DNA of 59,372 bases, filler included, from Sphacelaria rigidula (Eukaryota), in the NCBI GenBank assembly GCA_964200075.2. It is 9 parts of 9 records of this genome, joined end to end, with 100 filler letters (N's around TTAATTAATTAA, not from the genome) between each part and the next. Parts side by side here need not be neighbours in the genome. Positions count along the whole stretch, not along the records: positions 6,609 to 13,116 come from CAXNAA020019651.1; positions 13,217 to 19,724 come from CAXNAA020019652.1; positions 19,825 to 26,332 come from CAXNAA020019653.1; 6 more parts are not named here. One strand, written 5' to 3'. Numbering within the stretch: the first letter of the stretch is position 1; the number at the start of each line of letters is the position of its first letter. Below the pieces are notes generated by a model. That model did not search any database, had not been told where the DNA came from, and was given only the letters and a program-made list of their open reading frames with translations. A program made the position numbers and the translations under genes. Positions 10,339 to 23,377 of the stretch are shown one piece after another.

Positions 10339-13300
10339 CTGTCAACCCCACCACAAGGATATCCCTGCGCCTGCACTTCACAAGTGCATCCTACGGGTTG
10401 CATGATCACAAAGATTTATGCACCGCCCTTTGCTGGTCAATTGAGGTGGCGGCCCACAGTGGGGACGTTTGCCCACGTGCGTGTCTTGTTCACCTCGTCA
10501 AAGGCTCACCGCACGGTCTGGTGTTTGCTTCTGACCAAGGCCAAGGCAATGTTCAATTGCTTGCAACTGGATTGCTCTCATGTTCTCGTGGCGGCATACA
10601 CTCGTGGCCAGATAGCACCCTGTGGGGCGCACTGTGCAGGGTCCATACAGGGTCCTCCACAGTCTTTGTGAAAAAACCCTGACAGTGGAAATTCAAACCT
10701 GTACCCCTCGTAGCGTTTTGATAGGGTTTTCCCCAGGGTTAGGTTTACAGTCCTGTGTAGGCTTGTCGGCAAAGCCCTGCACAGTCATGTGTTAGTGTTT
10801 TGGTGAAAAACCCTGACGTTAATTTTTTTTTTTAATTCCAAATATTTTGGTACAAAACCTGTAAATTCATATATTTTCAATAGCTTGTCCTCCTGTCCGA
10901 GGTGAATTCCTTTTCACCCGATTTGAATAGAGCGAGAAGAAATTTGTTTAAGACAGCAGGACAAGCTATTCAAAACCGATCCTTTCTTCGCCCGATTTAT
11001 TTCGGAAAAAAAAAAAAAAGTGAACAGCAGAAGAAGCTGTTCAAGATCGATCCTTTTTTCGCTCATTTTTTAAATGAGCGAGAAAACGGTCTATTTCGAA
11101 CAGCTTCTTTTGCTGCGCAAATCCCATGCACACTGGCAGATTCGGAATTCGAACAGCAGAAGAAGCTCGAAATAAATCTGTCCTTTGCCCTCCATTTCAT
11201 CCGGAGATTGGGGGAAAAGAGATTTATTCCGAGCAGCATCAGCTGCTGGGCAAATCCTGCATACTGCATCGTTACCAGCGCATGTGATCCGACATGCAGA
11301 AAAAGTTGCTGAAAGGAAGTCATCCTTTTGCCCCCCAGTCCATGTGTACATGGGCTAAAGGATGAATAGCTCTCAAAAGCTTTCGTTGAATAGAGATTCC
11401 ACACGTTGGATACGTGTGTATTTCCACACCTGTGGTTCATCTGAAAGCCTCAGCAAGGCATGGCAAGGTGCTGGCGGAACGGGTATACCTCGCCCATCTA
11501 TGCACATACTTCACAAAAACCCCGTACTCGATGGTCTACCAACACGAACCGTGTTTAGAAAATATCACTTAATCAATAGTATATTAATAGTATATAGACC
11601 ATCACCCCAAGATATCTATACTCCGTAAATATCACCGCACACAAATCGAACATCAATGAACACCCGCCTGCACAACAGTATTATTCCGCCCAGCTATACC
11701 ACCACAACCCTGCAGCAGAGAGCATGGGTTGGGCACAGGGACATAGACACATACACACTGCCGTGGGTGGATATGATGTATTTCTCGCTGGTGGAAACTT
11801 CAGCACCTTCTTTCATGGTCGCGACATCGCGCGGCGACGACATACGCGGGGTGCGTATAGGTGGGTGCGAGGAACAACCAACCGGCCGCCTATATTATGC
11901 ATATACACACTCACCATATGCATGCTGCGGACGCACCGCGATATAACATAGTGCAGCATACAGGCCGTACGGTATGCTGCACGTTGTTCAAGTCCTTTTC
12001 ACGTCGCACTGTAGGTAGAGAACATACATATACATCGTCCTGCGCTGTCTGTACTGTACTTTCCCCCTTCCCTTTCAGCCCTACTTACGCAGCAGCTGTG
12101 CGCAAATATGCTGTGGAACGCGCGTGAAAAACTGGAGTTCGTGACGGTATATAACACCCGCACCATATATCAAAATAAGCTGCAGGCATCTACATTGTAT
12201 ATATAGCCAGCCATCTGCAGTACATGGCGCAGCACGTATAAGCACGGCGGTATAGCGCCCTGTCCCGCATGCAATGTTATTGTACAGTCAAGAGTAGTTT
12301 CTTGTTGTGAATATATATCCCGAGTACGCAGTATCAACCGCGCGATCAGATGTTTCATTATTCCCTGTATATTGTTTTAGTTTCGTCGACACGGGACTAC
12401 GGGGTTTTCATCAGGCATATGCATCCATGACCGAGGTAAATTACTATCCGGTATCATATCTTCAGCTGCAACAAAAGCTTGCGTGCAGTATATGGAACTT
12501 GAACAGCTGAAGCTGCTCGCGAGCAAGTTCTTTCTCCACCCAATTTCAGGTATTCTTGGCGGTGTACAAATTCCATCTGCTATATATAGTATATATTATG
12601 GGATTATCTATACAGCTTAAGCTCTTCGAAATGAATCATTTTTGCCCTATTACAAGTTTGTAGTTAGGATTTATTTCGAACAGCAGAGGCTATCCAAATT
12701 CCAGATTTCCATCACACTTGTGCCTCTCAAAACAATTCGGGGGATTTCAGTGTTGTTGACACGGACCTTCGAGGGCCCCAAAATTCAGAAGTACAAAGAG
12801 TACCTTCCATCCACAACGTCTACCGTGCGTTGCTCCGTGTGTAACCGGTTGGCTATACAACGATGAAGGCGAGGGTTCGGTTCCCCGTCCAACCTAAGCA
12901 GTTCTTTTTTCCACCAGTACCTTGCACCCGCAGCTGCATGTGGAGAGTAGTGTTTGTGCGTAAACACACTACACAGCATTGCCAGCAGCGATGAACTCTA
13001 CACGGGGTGACGGAACCCTGTGATGCACACTATTCATGAACACTGTAGGGAAACCCTGTGGAGCGTCCTGTGCTACGCTGGAAAACACTGTACAGTAAAA
13101 TTCTCGCCAGAAACACNNNNNNNNNNNNNNNNNNNNNNNNNNNNNNNNNNNNNNNNNNNNTTAATTAATTAANNNNNNNNNNNNNNNNNNNNNNNNNNNN
13201 NNNNNNNNNNNNNNNNTCATCCCCGCCCACTACATACATGTTAACTGCACACTGCAAGTCATCGGCAGAGGGATAAGCAGAAGTCATGACGGTACAGTAG

Positions 13301-15959
13301 CTCATTTTGTCTTTCCATCGCCCACCTGGGTGTAGTGCCTGGTGAAAATGATCACATTGTAGCATACACTCCTTCCCGGTTCTTTCCGCTCCACCCTGTG
13401 TTTGTATAATTACCTCGTTTTAGTATAGAATTGCGACCCAACCCCCCCCCCGGAAAATCTCGGAAACGCTATACTGAATGCAAGTGATACCATAAAACCA
13501 AGCTGCGACCACCCTGCATTTGGAAACCTGGGAAGGCTCATCTGGCTCAGGGATGGGCCCCCCACACGATCTTTGCAGTGACATCACACTGGACAACAAT
13601 CCCGGCGCTGGTCGTTCGGGTCTGGTCGATAAATTTCGCCTTGACGTGATTGGGCAGGTCGCTCCCTGACTTATTTTTTATTATTTCACTAACACAGGGC
13701 CAACCCTGTGTTAGTCGGGGGTCGGTCTCAAAAGGGTTCATGTGTTCCCCAATGTATTGAACTCGACAATCTCCAAAACGCGACCTGGAAATAGCAAACT
13801 GCCCTATACTAAAACTGGTATAAAATGTAGTCGGTAACGGCAAACTTCAAAGAAATTGGACAACGTGCATCCTCGTCGCCAGTTCCAGTTTAACTGTGGT
13901 TGCACTTTACACGGTAGTATTAACGGGTCCACTTCACAGCCTTACCTTTTGGCATTCTCGTTCTCTACGAGAATAAAAGAAACAAAATCCGACGATTTTT
14001 TCGAGCGCCAGTACACGGTTTCTCCGCGCAAGAGCACGGTATAACCGACAACCTCCTTGAGCGTGTGTGCTTTCGCTGCACGATATTGTAAGATAGAACG
14101 AACGACATCTACAATCAATAGAAAAATGCCTGCAGGGGGTGCCCAATGCAAGGCGCGATGATCCCACGTCCAACATGCCTGCGCGACTAAGCGCGCTCTT
14201 CAGTAGATCATACAAATTACAAGTCAAGTACCTTGCAAGGCAATATCGGCCACATTGTTGAGGCCTTGAAACTGCTGCCAGGTATCATCGCTGCGGCTCA
14301 GGAGAATGATATCCGGGGGTGTACGCCTCCCCGAAGACATGTCGGGGAGTAATCTAGACGGATGACCAGCGCTGATCACCCTGCCCACTGCACATAGTCC
14401 ACAAAGCACCAGCCCAGGTGCGAACTCCTGTGAGCTGATAGAATGGAATGTGGCGAAGCTATCTGCGATCTGCTTTGGAGTATGGTTTAAGCTACACAGA
14501 TTCTCCGCATTCCTCCGCGGGAACAGCAAGCCCTGGGGTGTGTTGCGTCTTGTTCCGTGGAACGAGGTACATGTTACCGGCAAGCTGCAGAGCAACTGTC
14601 AGCGACCTTAGCGGTTCTTGCATCCATACGCCCTCTAGCCTGCGCAGAAAACAGCGTGGAAACCGGTAACCGTGCCTGACTTGATGCGGTCAACAACCGG
14701 CAGACCAGTGCATCATCATACTTTCAACACTGTTGTTGTTGTTGTCTGTCTGCACTCTACTCCGTCCTGTTGAACTGCTGTCTGTGACCGCGGCGTAACT
14801 ACCTGACATTGACGCTACTAATACTGTCTCTACGGATTGTCAGTCGTAGCGCTTCTCCGACATGCAAGGTCTTGCACGCGATGTAGTGGCTACTGTATCA
14901 TCTACGACTGATGATGAGGCCCTACTCCAGCGCTTACGTGATCGTGATGCGGAGATGCGCGTGCTGAGTCAAAGGCTCAGCCTCCTTCTTACGGTGCCGG
15001 ATAGCTTGAAAGTCGTTGCAAGCCCAACATGTGCAAAATATGCGCGAATATCTGGACCTTCGGACACTGCCGCGCAAGACGGAAGCCGGGAGATTTTAGC
15101 GGCACGACTGGAACCGTTGTATAGCTCGAGACAACAGGTGAATCGAGAAAATGGGTTTAATATATCTGTCGAGATTGCTGTAGGACTCATGTCGTCTTTT
15201 TGCAGGTTGCAGCGGAATGTAGAATAGGGCTATAGCGTGTCGTGTACCCGTAATATGTGCGCTTTATCTACTCTCTTGCTATCATGTGCCGTTGTACTGG
15301 AGACAAGACTGTAGACCGCAACTCTTGTGATCAAAATCATGCAAGGGAAGATCGTGTAAGGTATGTGCGTTTGAACACTCGGGTAAATTACCCGGGTATT
15401 TACTCTACCCAAGGTTTGCGTAGATTGTGAACGGCCTCAATTATCCCCGGGTTTTTGGGCGGATTGGGTACGACCTCAAACAGTCCGCCCAATTTTTGGG
15501 TCACTACCCTCAGCAATACCTGGGTATAGAGTATCGCTTGGGTATGGCCCTAATGTGTGTTGCGTTGCGTCGTCATCTCATCTATTCTGGACGCCAGTCT
15601 ACACCTTTCCGAATATGTGGGCGCACCAGCCGGGGTCACACAGGAGGAAGGCCAACACAGGAGTTTTTCTTTTTTATTTGTTTTAGTTCTACACCTTCCT
15701 TTTGCGGTGCTTGCCTACCTTTTTAACGCGAGAGGAGTTCAGCGGTCCCTTTCTCTCGTCGAACGTGAAGTCGAACTTTGTGTACTCACGACATATAGTC
15801 ACTCTCCACTGTTGTGCTTGTGTGAGAAAAAAGGCCAGATCGTGAGACAGCGAGCGCCCACCCAACCGTCAGAAGGTTTCGATGTTACCAACTGAGCCAC
15901 CTGGGGCGACCGCTACTTTCAATACTCCACCCAAATTTAGGGTAGATTAGGTACGTATC

Positions 15960-16332
15960 ATGAGGTTAGAAGGCGTTTGTCGCCAAATCAAGGACTGTGA
16001 TGTTGCAGGTCTGATCAGGCTTGATCAGATCGAATGTAAGCTTGAAAACAAGGGAATAGGCAGCAATCCTAGTAGCGACTCCCATCTCACTCATGACCAA
16101 GGCGAGCATTGCAAGCTAACTAATGCGGTGAGACACGTGAAAGAGCATTAAGCAGAGCGATATAGGATACGAGTGAAAAAATTCCCATAGATCAGGTGGG
16201 TATCAACCCACCATTACGCGAAGCTACAATTGGGATCCTGATTTGTTGTGGACACACGACAAATATTTCGGGCAGATTGCTTGCCCTCCTCTTCCAAGTG
16301 TACTTGCATACACGCTTGTTTACCCCATCACA
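15960..16332. mobile_element. Partial LTR-like repeat, same family as 18843-19419
   Basis: About 350 bp of similarity, ending TTTACCCCATCACA in both copies. Confidence 0.55.
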
Positions 16333-16359
16333 TTCGACGTCGACGGTAGAAGGGTCGCA

Positions 16360-16545
16360 TGTCATGCTGTCTTATAAAAACTCGGCCACCGCCGCCACCG
16401 GCCTCTCTCCGAACGAACTGCATCTCGAACGCTACCCCCGCTTGCCCATCACCGTTTTTAAGCGACACACCTTCGATGGCCACCAAGGCCTGGATCGGGA
16501 TCAGATATCCTACCATGACCTAGCGCGTTCACGGCAGCGCAAAGC
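16360..16545 (+). pseudogene. Ty3/Gypsy integrase fragment
   Basis: SYKNSATAATGLSPNELHLERYPRLPITVF matches the Gypsy integrase AYN....TG.SP.E motif. Confidence 0.7.
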
Positions 16546-16639
16546 TTTCACCCGGCCTCATTTTCTCCAAGAATGCGATGACTTTGAGCTCGACGGCTTC
16601 ATCAGGCATCACAGGAGAATCCAAATCGGATACTTGAAA

Positions 16640-16888
16640 CCAAGGGTCTACACGTTACACGCGTTACGTGTCACGTCGTGTCACGTTTCACGTCAAGAGT
16701 TAAGCCAGGCTAGCAGCAGTACGGTGGGGGGTGGGGACCACTTGGGAAGCCCTGTTCAAAAGTCAAGTCAAATCAGGGCTTTCCACGTGGTCCCCATCCC
16801 CCACCGTACTGCTGCTAGCCTGGCTTAACTCTTGACGTGAAACGTGACACGACGTGACACGTAACGCGTGTAACGTGTAGACCCTTGG
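16640..16888. repeat. Near-perfect ~250-bp palindrome (foldback element, CAAGGGTC termini)
   Basis: Arms of ~115 bp with very few mismatches around a ~19-nt loop. Confidence 0.9.
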
Positions 16889-17175
16889 ATATTTCTGATG
16901 TTTCTGCCTCTTCGATTGACGACCCTAGCATTGAACAGTAATCAACTTTGGACGTTGACCCCTGTCTTCCAAAGACGGTCATCTATGAAATTGCTAATGA
17001 CCAGTCGAGCTGTGCCACACCTAGAGATCACGTGCCACCCCACCATATCTTCTGGTGAGAAATCTGACTCGCCGGCGGATCACCCGCCCTCCATTTTCGC
17101 CGTCAGTCCCGCTGACGCCCGATCAATCCACCTTGGCTGAACATGGTCCGGATCTTGTCGGAGGTACAGTGTCTG

Positions 17176-17448
17176 AGTGGGGGACGGGTCTCGCTGAGCG
17201 CGGGTCCTAGGACACCCTGAAGATGAGCTGGGATGGCTGCCCTTACTCTCCTGCTTTTGCTGCTGACGGGAATTCCTCCCCGAGCGGCGTCCGTTGGCAG
17301 CGGTAGATATGAGCTACCGCTGCCAACGGACGCCGCTCGGGAAGGAATTTCCATCGGCAGCGAAAGCAGAAGAGTAAGGGCAGCCATTCCAGCTCATCTT
17401 CAGGGCGTCCTAGGACCCGCACTCAGCGGGAACCCCCCCCCCGCCCTC
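17176..17448. repeat. Long palindrome/hairpin with ~113-bp core arms and a ~7-nt loop
   Basis: GCTGAGCGCGGGTCCTAGGAC...GGCAGCGGTAG is mirrored by CTACCGCTGCC...GTCCTAGGACCCGCACTCAGC. Arm differences are transitions. Confidence 0.9.
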
Positions 17449-17700
17449 ATTCGGCTCCCGCCAACATGCAAGTTGCCGTAAGTGATCAGCCCCGGCAACC
17501 CGCGCCCCTGCTTGCTGGATCAGTTATCATGATTCGGTCCCGTCCGCTGGTGTCCATCAGCGGATTTCTGTTGGTGGCGAAAATAACCATCTCTTCGGCG
17601 AGAACCAGAGATGTCAGTCACTAATGTGGTGACGGCCGTCGCGATTTGAGCGAGTGTTGCCGCGGTTGTTGAAGTGTTGGGCGAGAATCACGGTTGGGCG

Positions 17701-18562
17701 TAGGCTTCAGTTCCGTATCCGCGTTTTTTTCTTGAAATTAACCTATAAATACACATATATACAGAGAGAGGGGGAGAGAAGTTTTTTAGCGCAAATTAGG
17801 TGCGCTTCATGAGCCTTATTCTCGCCCTTGTTGTTGCGTTGTGGCAGTATCCCCTCACGAGGCGTGCCTTCTAGCATAAGGACAAAACGACAACTTGGGC
17901 AATCGAAGTTTTAATGATTATTCTTTATTGAAAAGTGGAGCTTCTCATCAGTCATCAGTTTGAAGGCCACAACCTGCACACGTACACCCTGACCCACGTA
18001 CGAAAGCAACAGATGCCACTACACTCATGACACATGATACAGCAGTAGGGTATTGTAGCCTCTGGACGCATGGCAAGCTACAGGCTACAAGCTTCCACCT
18101 CCCCCCCCCCCATCATCTACGGTCAGTCGACATTGAAAATCTTGTCGAACTACAGGTGCCGATTGTACGCCGTACAATGTACTAGTCTCTTGTCAATTTT
18201 TTTAAAACAAGAGATTATCATGTATGAAAAATATACAATTGAACGTTTTGCTGGTGAGACTCGTAACACTATAGGAACACAAAATACAACCATGGAAGTT
18301 TGGAGTATCGAACCTTTAACCTGAAGCCAGTCGGCCTGTCTGGTTGCGAGTCACGCAACATGGAACGCTTGCGGGCAGCTGGCTGCAGGAGGCACGTAAA
18401 AAATTATCACAACTTTATGCGCGTTCTATGCGCGTTTGAGGCATATTAATCTCGTTTCAGCATATTGAGCTAATTACAAGCTTCGCGATAAAAAGGCCTA
18501 TTTACGCTCGAAACTCCCAGATTAAGCTAATCTTTTATGCGCGCATACGGAACTAAAGCCTA
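17701..18562 (-). mobile_element. Non-autonomous hAT element (deletion derivative of the 28133-29370 family)
   Basis: TIR TAGGCTT(C/T)AGTTCCGTAT. 8-bp TSD GTTGGGCG/GTTGGGTG. Internal sequence is shared, inverted, with 28133-29370. Confidence 0.85.
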
Positions 18563-18737
18563 GTTGGGTGTACGGTAATCGCGCATTCGTTTTTGCGATC
18601 GGCGCCACGCGGGTTCATTGTCTTGCAGTTCAGGGTCCATAAGAGCGAAAGCGTTGATACCAACACTGGTGTAGTCACGTATACTGTGGCCTTGGGTGTT
18701 ACAGTTGACGCAACAACTCGCGTGGCGACTGAAAGCA

Positions 18738-18842
18738 TCCCTGTGTATCGATGCAAGCCTTGCACGAAACCGCATGACAATAGCGACATGCCCAAATATC
18801 TGCCGGCCGGTCTCACACAAAACGTGCTTAACAGCTATCGCT
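18738..18842 (+). pseudogene. Gypsy pol C-terminal fragment
   Basis: IPVYRCKPCTKPHDNSDMPKYLPAGLTQNVLN resembles, from recall, the post-integrase region of brown-algal Gypsy elements. Confidence 0.55.
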
Positions 18843-19419
18843 TGTGATCGATCGACATTTTGGTTTTTGAGTCTGGTATCACCCCCACGTAAACGTTGTG
18901 CCCCCTGTTATGCTTCCCCGGTTTGTCTCTTGATTTCGCTAGCGCTTCGAAGCATTCTGTGTTTTTTCCCACCTGTGTTCGCCAGCCCGCAGCAGCACTT
19001 TGTGCTCCTGCATATTCAAGCGCAAATGCGCTGTTTGAAGCAGATTATGCCTCCCTTGTTCGAGGTGTGGGAAGATGGGGCTGCAGGTCTGATCAGGCTT
19101 GATCAGACCGAATGTGAGCTTGATGAAAACGGAATAGGCAGCGATCCTCGTAGCGACTCCCATCTCACTTATGACCAAGGCGAACATTACAAGCTAGCTA
19201 TTATAGTCCGGTGAGACACGTGAAAGAGCATCGAGCAGAGCGATAAAGAATATGAGAGAACAAGAGCCCTATAGATGATGTGGGTATCAACCTACCATTA
19301 TTACGTGAAACTATAAGTGGGGTGCTGACTTGTTGTGGACACACGACAAATATTTCGGGCAGATTGCTTGCCCTCCTCTTCCAAGCGTGCTTGCATACAC
19401 GCTTGTTTACCCCATCACA
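18843..19419. mobile_element. Probable solo LTR (TGTGAT...ATCACA)
   Basis: 6-bp inverted TG...CA termini. Partial second copy at 15960-16332. No TSD found. Confidence 0.55.
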
Positions 19420-19824
19420 CACGACCTCCAATACTCTCCCGAAATGTTGGGTAAGCACTCTCAGCAATACCTGGGTACAGAGTCAACAAAGCAACAAGGA
19501 AACGACAAGACAACAACAACAACAACAACAACAAGAGTATCACTCGGGTATGACCTCAATACTTTACCCCGAAAATTGGTTATATCAGATACGATCTAAA
19601 ATACTCCACCTAAATTTTGGGTAAATTGGGTGCGATTTCAACACTTCACCCAAATATGGATGCGTACCCTACTCGGCCCGCACTCGAAAGATTTCACGGT
19701 TAGGATGAATCATCACGACTCAAANNNNNNNNNNNNNNNNNNNNNNNNNNNNNNNNNNNNNNNNNNNNTTAATTAATTAANNNNNNNNNNNNNNNNNNNN
19801 NNNNNNNNNNNNNNNNNNNNNNNN

Positions 19825-21358
19825 GAAATGACTCTCCTAACCCGAGGGAAGGTGTCCGCTTTGGGTCCGTTCAAGCTGTCGAAGATACTGTCGAGCAGGA
19901 GCAGCTCTCAAAGCGATATTTCAACGACACAGACGAGTTGGGCCGTGATCCGTATATCGATGAAGGGGAAGGTACCCATCTGCTCAAAAATTCGGGCCAA
20001 TTGTTTCTCGTCGAGTAAACCCCATGTATAGTAATTCCTGTACCTAGCGGAGATAGCGTCCGGACTAAAATCTATATGAAACCCCGAACGATCGATCAAG
20101 CGGATGATGACGATTTTTGGTGTAGACCTTCCTTGGAGCACGGGGAGACGATATATACCCTCACTTTTACCTAATTCGTTATCCATCTCGAGAAATGGCG
20201 CACATACGGTTTTATAATAAAATCAGTATATTACGAGCAGAGGCACTAGATAACCTAAATCTGGATATCACGTCTCAGTTTTTGAGAGTTGTGCTGACAC
20301 TTTCTACGATAGTCCCCCCCCCAAAAGAGTGCATAGTTTTGGGAGGCAAAATCTTCACGTAAATCGNNNNNNNNNCTTGGGTTCGTTCTAGCCAATGTCG
20401 CCAATATGAGGCGCTTTATGCAGCCTGAAGCCGAACATCAGGCGCTGTATAGCCATTTTTTTCGTGACACTTTGAGCTGTGTTTTTTTGGGGGGGGTCTA
20501 TCGTAGAAAGTGTCTGCTTTGAAATTTGGTATGGAGAACCGCTAGTGCATGATGAAATTTAAAACACAGCCTTTTCGGGTTGTTTTCGTTTTTTCCTCAT
20601 ATTTTTTCGTGTTTTTAGGGGGGTTATGAAGAGAAATGAACATTGCTCTTGGGCCTCATCTCACTTTTTAGAATTGCGATTCGAAACTTGGCATGGAGAA
20701 CGACGGAGGTATGCTGAGTAGAGGAAAAAAAATGAGCTTTCACTTTCTTTTCTTTTTTCATGAGAGGTTCGGGCGCTCTCGCAAAAAATTGGTAGCTACC
20801 ATACTAAAAAGCCCTCAATCAGTGAAAAAATATAATGAAAGCCAACCTCCCCCCTTTTTCTTGGTTCATCACGACCTAGGAAGGTCCCGCACTAAGTTTC
20901 AACCCACCAACACCAAACGTGGGCCAATAAACGGCCTGCAAAATACTGTTCCGATTTCCCGCCGCCTCGGTTTTGTTAAGGTGAATTTGCATTTTTCCTC
21001 TTGAAGTTGGAAAGTGAAATTTGGTATGGACAATCAGTTCTGGTAAAATGCCCTCAACTCACGAAAAAAATAAAATCGCCGGGACATTACAGACAGCTTT
21101 TCTTCATGCCCCCTTGATTGTCCATGCCAAATTTCACTTTTCAACTCCAAGAAAAAAATCGCGAATTCGCCTGCAGAGTACAAATCCGCTTGTAGGCTGG
21201 CCCAGCCTGTAATTTTTTTCTTCTTCGCTGCTGTCGTGATCTTCGGCATTTTGATCATGAAAAGCTACTGTCAAAATTTCAGCGACCAACTCCTAATATC
21301 GCGCTGTGCGTCGCCTGAGCCAAATTCACTCCCACTCTTGGCTGGTCCAGCTCGTAGT
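19825..21358 (+). mobile_element. Long non-coding interspersed repeat, possibly Helitron-like. Homologues at ~56631-57800 (-) and 46257-46535 (+, 3' end)
   Basis: Shared blocks include GAAGGGGAAGGTACCCAT and ATAAACGGCCTG. Ends with a short hairpin GGCTGG(T/C)CCAGC followed by (C/T)CGTAG. Confidence 0.5.
20296..20514. mobile_element. MITE with GACACTTTCTACGATAG TIR and 4-bp TSD TGCT
   Basis: Perfect 17-bp TIR. TSD at 20292-20295 and 20515-20518. Confidence 0.88.
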
Positions 21359-22467
21359 CGAATTCCATCTCGTTTCATTTCTTGTCTTCGGACATGTGGT
21401 ACTACTCTTCTCTTACTTTACTGCTTCAGGCAACAACGCCTGAATAGAGAGGTGGAACGCGATCTTGTCGACCCCCCTGCTTTCCTCACCTACTACAGTC
21501 TACGGATACCTCAAGTTTGGTTTTCCCTGTGGCCGGCGAGTCAATGTGACCAACACGCCTCCATGTACCGTCATGCTCGCCCAGTTTGAATTGCCATTTT
21601 AATTATCAAAACTTGGACCGCGAGGGTAGCCTATCTGGATCATGCATATTTTTCTCCAAGTGAAATTGATGCCAATTCAACAGTGCCCTTCCTACCCTCG
21701 TCATCCAGAGGTTAACGGACAATGAAATGGCTCAATTTGGTCAGTAAAACGTCGTCAAGTTGGCGAATTCTTTCGGTGAATCGTACGGGCTGGGGGGGGG
21801 GAAGGGAAAATTTATTCTCGCACTGCAAAAAGGGACAAATCCAGGGGGATTGAAAACGAACATCTGCCAAATCTTCACCTTCCTGTCACCAAGAGTTTCG
21901 TCGTGGACTCGAATTTTATTGAACCCATGGATTCGCTTCTCGGCGAACGGTTACCAGCTACCTGCATTTCCTGAAACGGTCCAATACTCGCAAAATCGAA
22001 AACTTCCCGTATTGCTTTCGTGGGGGAAAAAGAATACCGATATTATCCCGCTCGTTCCGAGTATATCTTTTGCGTCCTTACTTCATCCACAGCCGGCAAA
22101 TAGACACGATCTTCGTGTACGAAAACGCCTCCGTCGGTTTTCGAAATTTCGAATCTTACGACCCGACGGCACAAATGCCCCAAAACCAATCGCCGCAACA
22201 AAACAAAACGTGTCCCAAACTTTCCCCCTCCTCACCCTCTGTTCACTACCCATCTCTTCGAACAGATCAAATGAGTCCTTGCAGATAAGATCTCCGTCAT
22301 ACGACGAACGGTGAGATTTCATAGCCCTTCTCCCGTGACGCAACACCACACACGCTCACAAAAAACACATATTTATTCAACAAGCAGGTACACCCAAACG
22401 ATCGGGCACATTGTTTCAGGGTATGTGTGTGCAGCAGCGCGCGGGGCGGCGGAGGGGGGGGGGGGAT

Positions 22468-22572
22468 ATACTCGTGATCTTGCATGCCGTACTAGAGAGA
22501 CCATTGACCTCGCATCCCCACGACGCTGAGACGGAGCACGCCGGGTTTCGCCGGACCAGGCTCGTGATCACC
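22468..22572 (-). mobile_element. Truncated family B (long C-tailed) element
   Basis: G-run followed by ATACTCGTGATCTTGCATGCC...GACCATTGACCTCGCATCCC...GAGACGGAGCACGCCGGGTTTCG. Confidence 0.65.
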
Positions 22573-22811
22573 AGGGGGAGAGGTGGGTTCAAGTACTTGT
22601 TTCGACACATTTGACTTCATCGAAGTGTTTTGCTGTACTGCACACGCACCGAATGTTCTTGTACGCAGAACGCTCAACTTCCACACAGCCATTTACCCCT
22701 GTACCGTACACCTATGAGCGTCTGCAGCAACTATTCAAACGGGGGCATGACGGCAAGGCACACAGTGCCAAGTGAGTGCTCTGCACCCGTTCCATCAACG
22801 AGCGACTACTA

Positions 22812-22898
22812 CTACGCCAGCTCCACGGTCGCTCCTGCCTTCTCTAGCTGCTCTACGAATTTTTCCCCCTCTTCCTTGTTGACGTCTGCCTTGATTAC
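22812..22898 (-). CDS. rpl12: Ribosomal protein L7/L12 (bacterial-type, nuclear-encoded, probably mitochondrial), last exon
   Basis: VIKADVNKEEGEKFVEQLEKAGATVELA*, the canonical L7/L12 C-terminus. Acceptor is TTTTCATCAG, phase 0. Confidence 0.93.
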   Translation of the reverse strand, partial: VIKADVNKEEGEKFVEQLEKAGATVELA

Positions 22899-23112
22899 CT
22901 GATGAAAACAAAAAAAATCGGTCGGGTTCGGATAGACGTGAAGAACGGGGAACAGGAGGGACGAGGGGATATCTCCCAAGTAAAGGGAAGAAGTAAAACC
23001 GAGCATTACCAATCGCATGGCTCACCAAATTCTGAGTTATCATGTAAAGAAATCTCGTGTTTCCTGTGGTTACTATGCGCGAGTGCCGGTACAGAAAAAT
23101 ATCAATATTTCA

Positions 23113-23377
23113 GACACTTTCTACGATAGCCCCCCCCCCCCCAAAAAAAAAACCCAGCTAAAAGTGTCACGAAAAAAATGGTCATACAGCGCCTGATATT
23201 CGGCTTCAGGCTGCATGAAGCGCCTCGTATTGGCGACATTGGCTAGAACGAACCCAAGCGTGGGGATTTCCAGCTTCTCGTTGTGCCCGACTTTTCCCAT
23301 TTCGATTCATGTGAAGATTTTGCCTCCCAAAACCATGCACTTTTTTTTGGGGAGGGGGGGCTATCGTAGAAAGTGTC
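23113..23377. mobile_element. MITE with GACACTTTCTACGATAG TIR and 4-bp TSD TTCA, inside the rpl12 intron
   Basis: TSD at 23109-23112 and 23378-23381. Inverted relative to the 20296 copy. Confidence 0.9.

Noticed and set aside
15960..19419. Intact LTR retrotransposon bounded by the two LTR-like repeats
   Set aside because: The repeats are visibly diverged and one is partial. No PBS, PPT or TSD was seen, and the interior is a patchwork of fragments.
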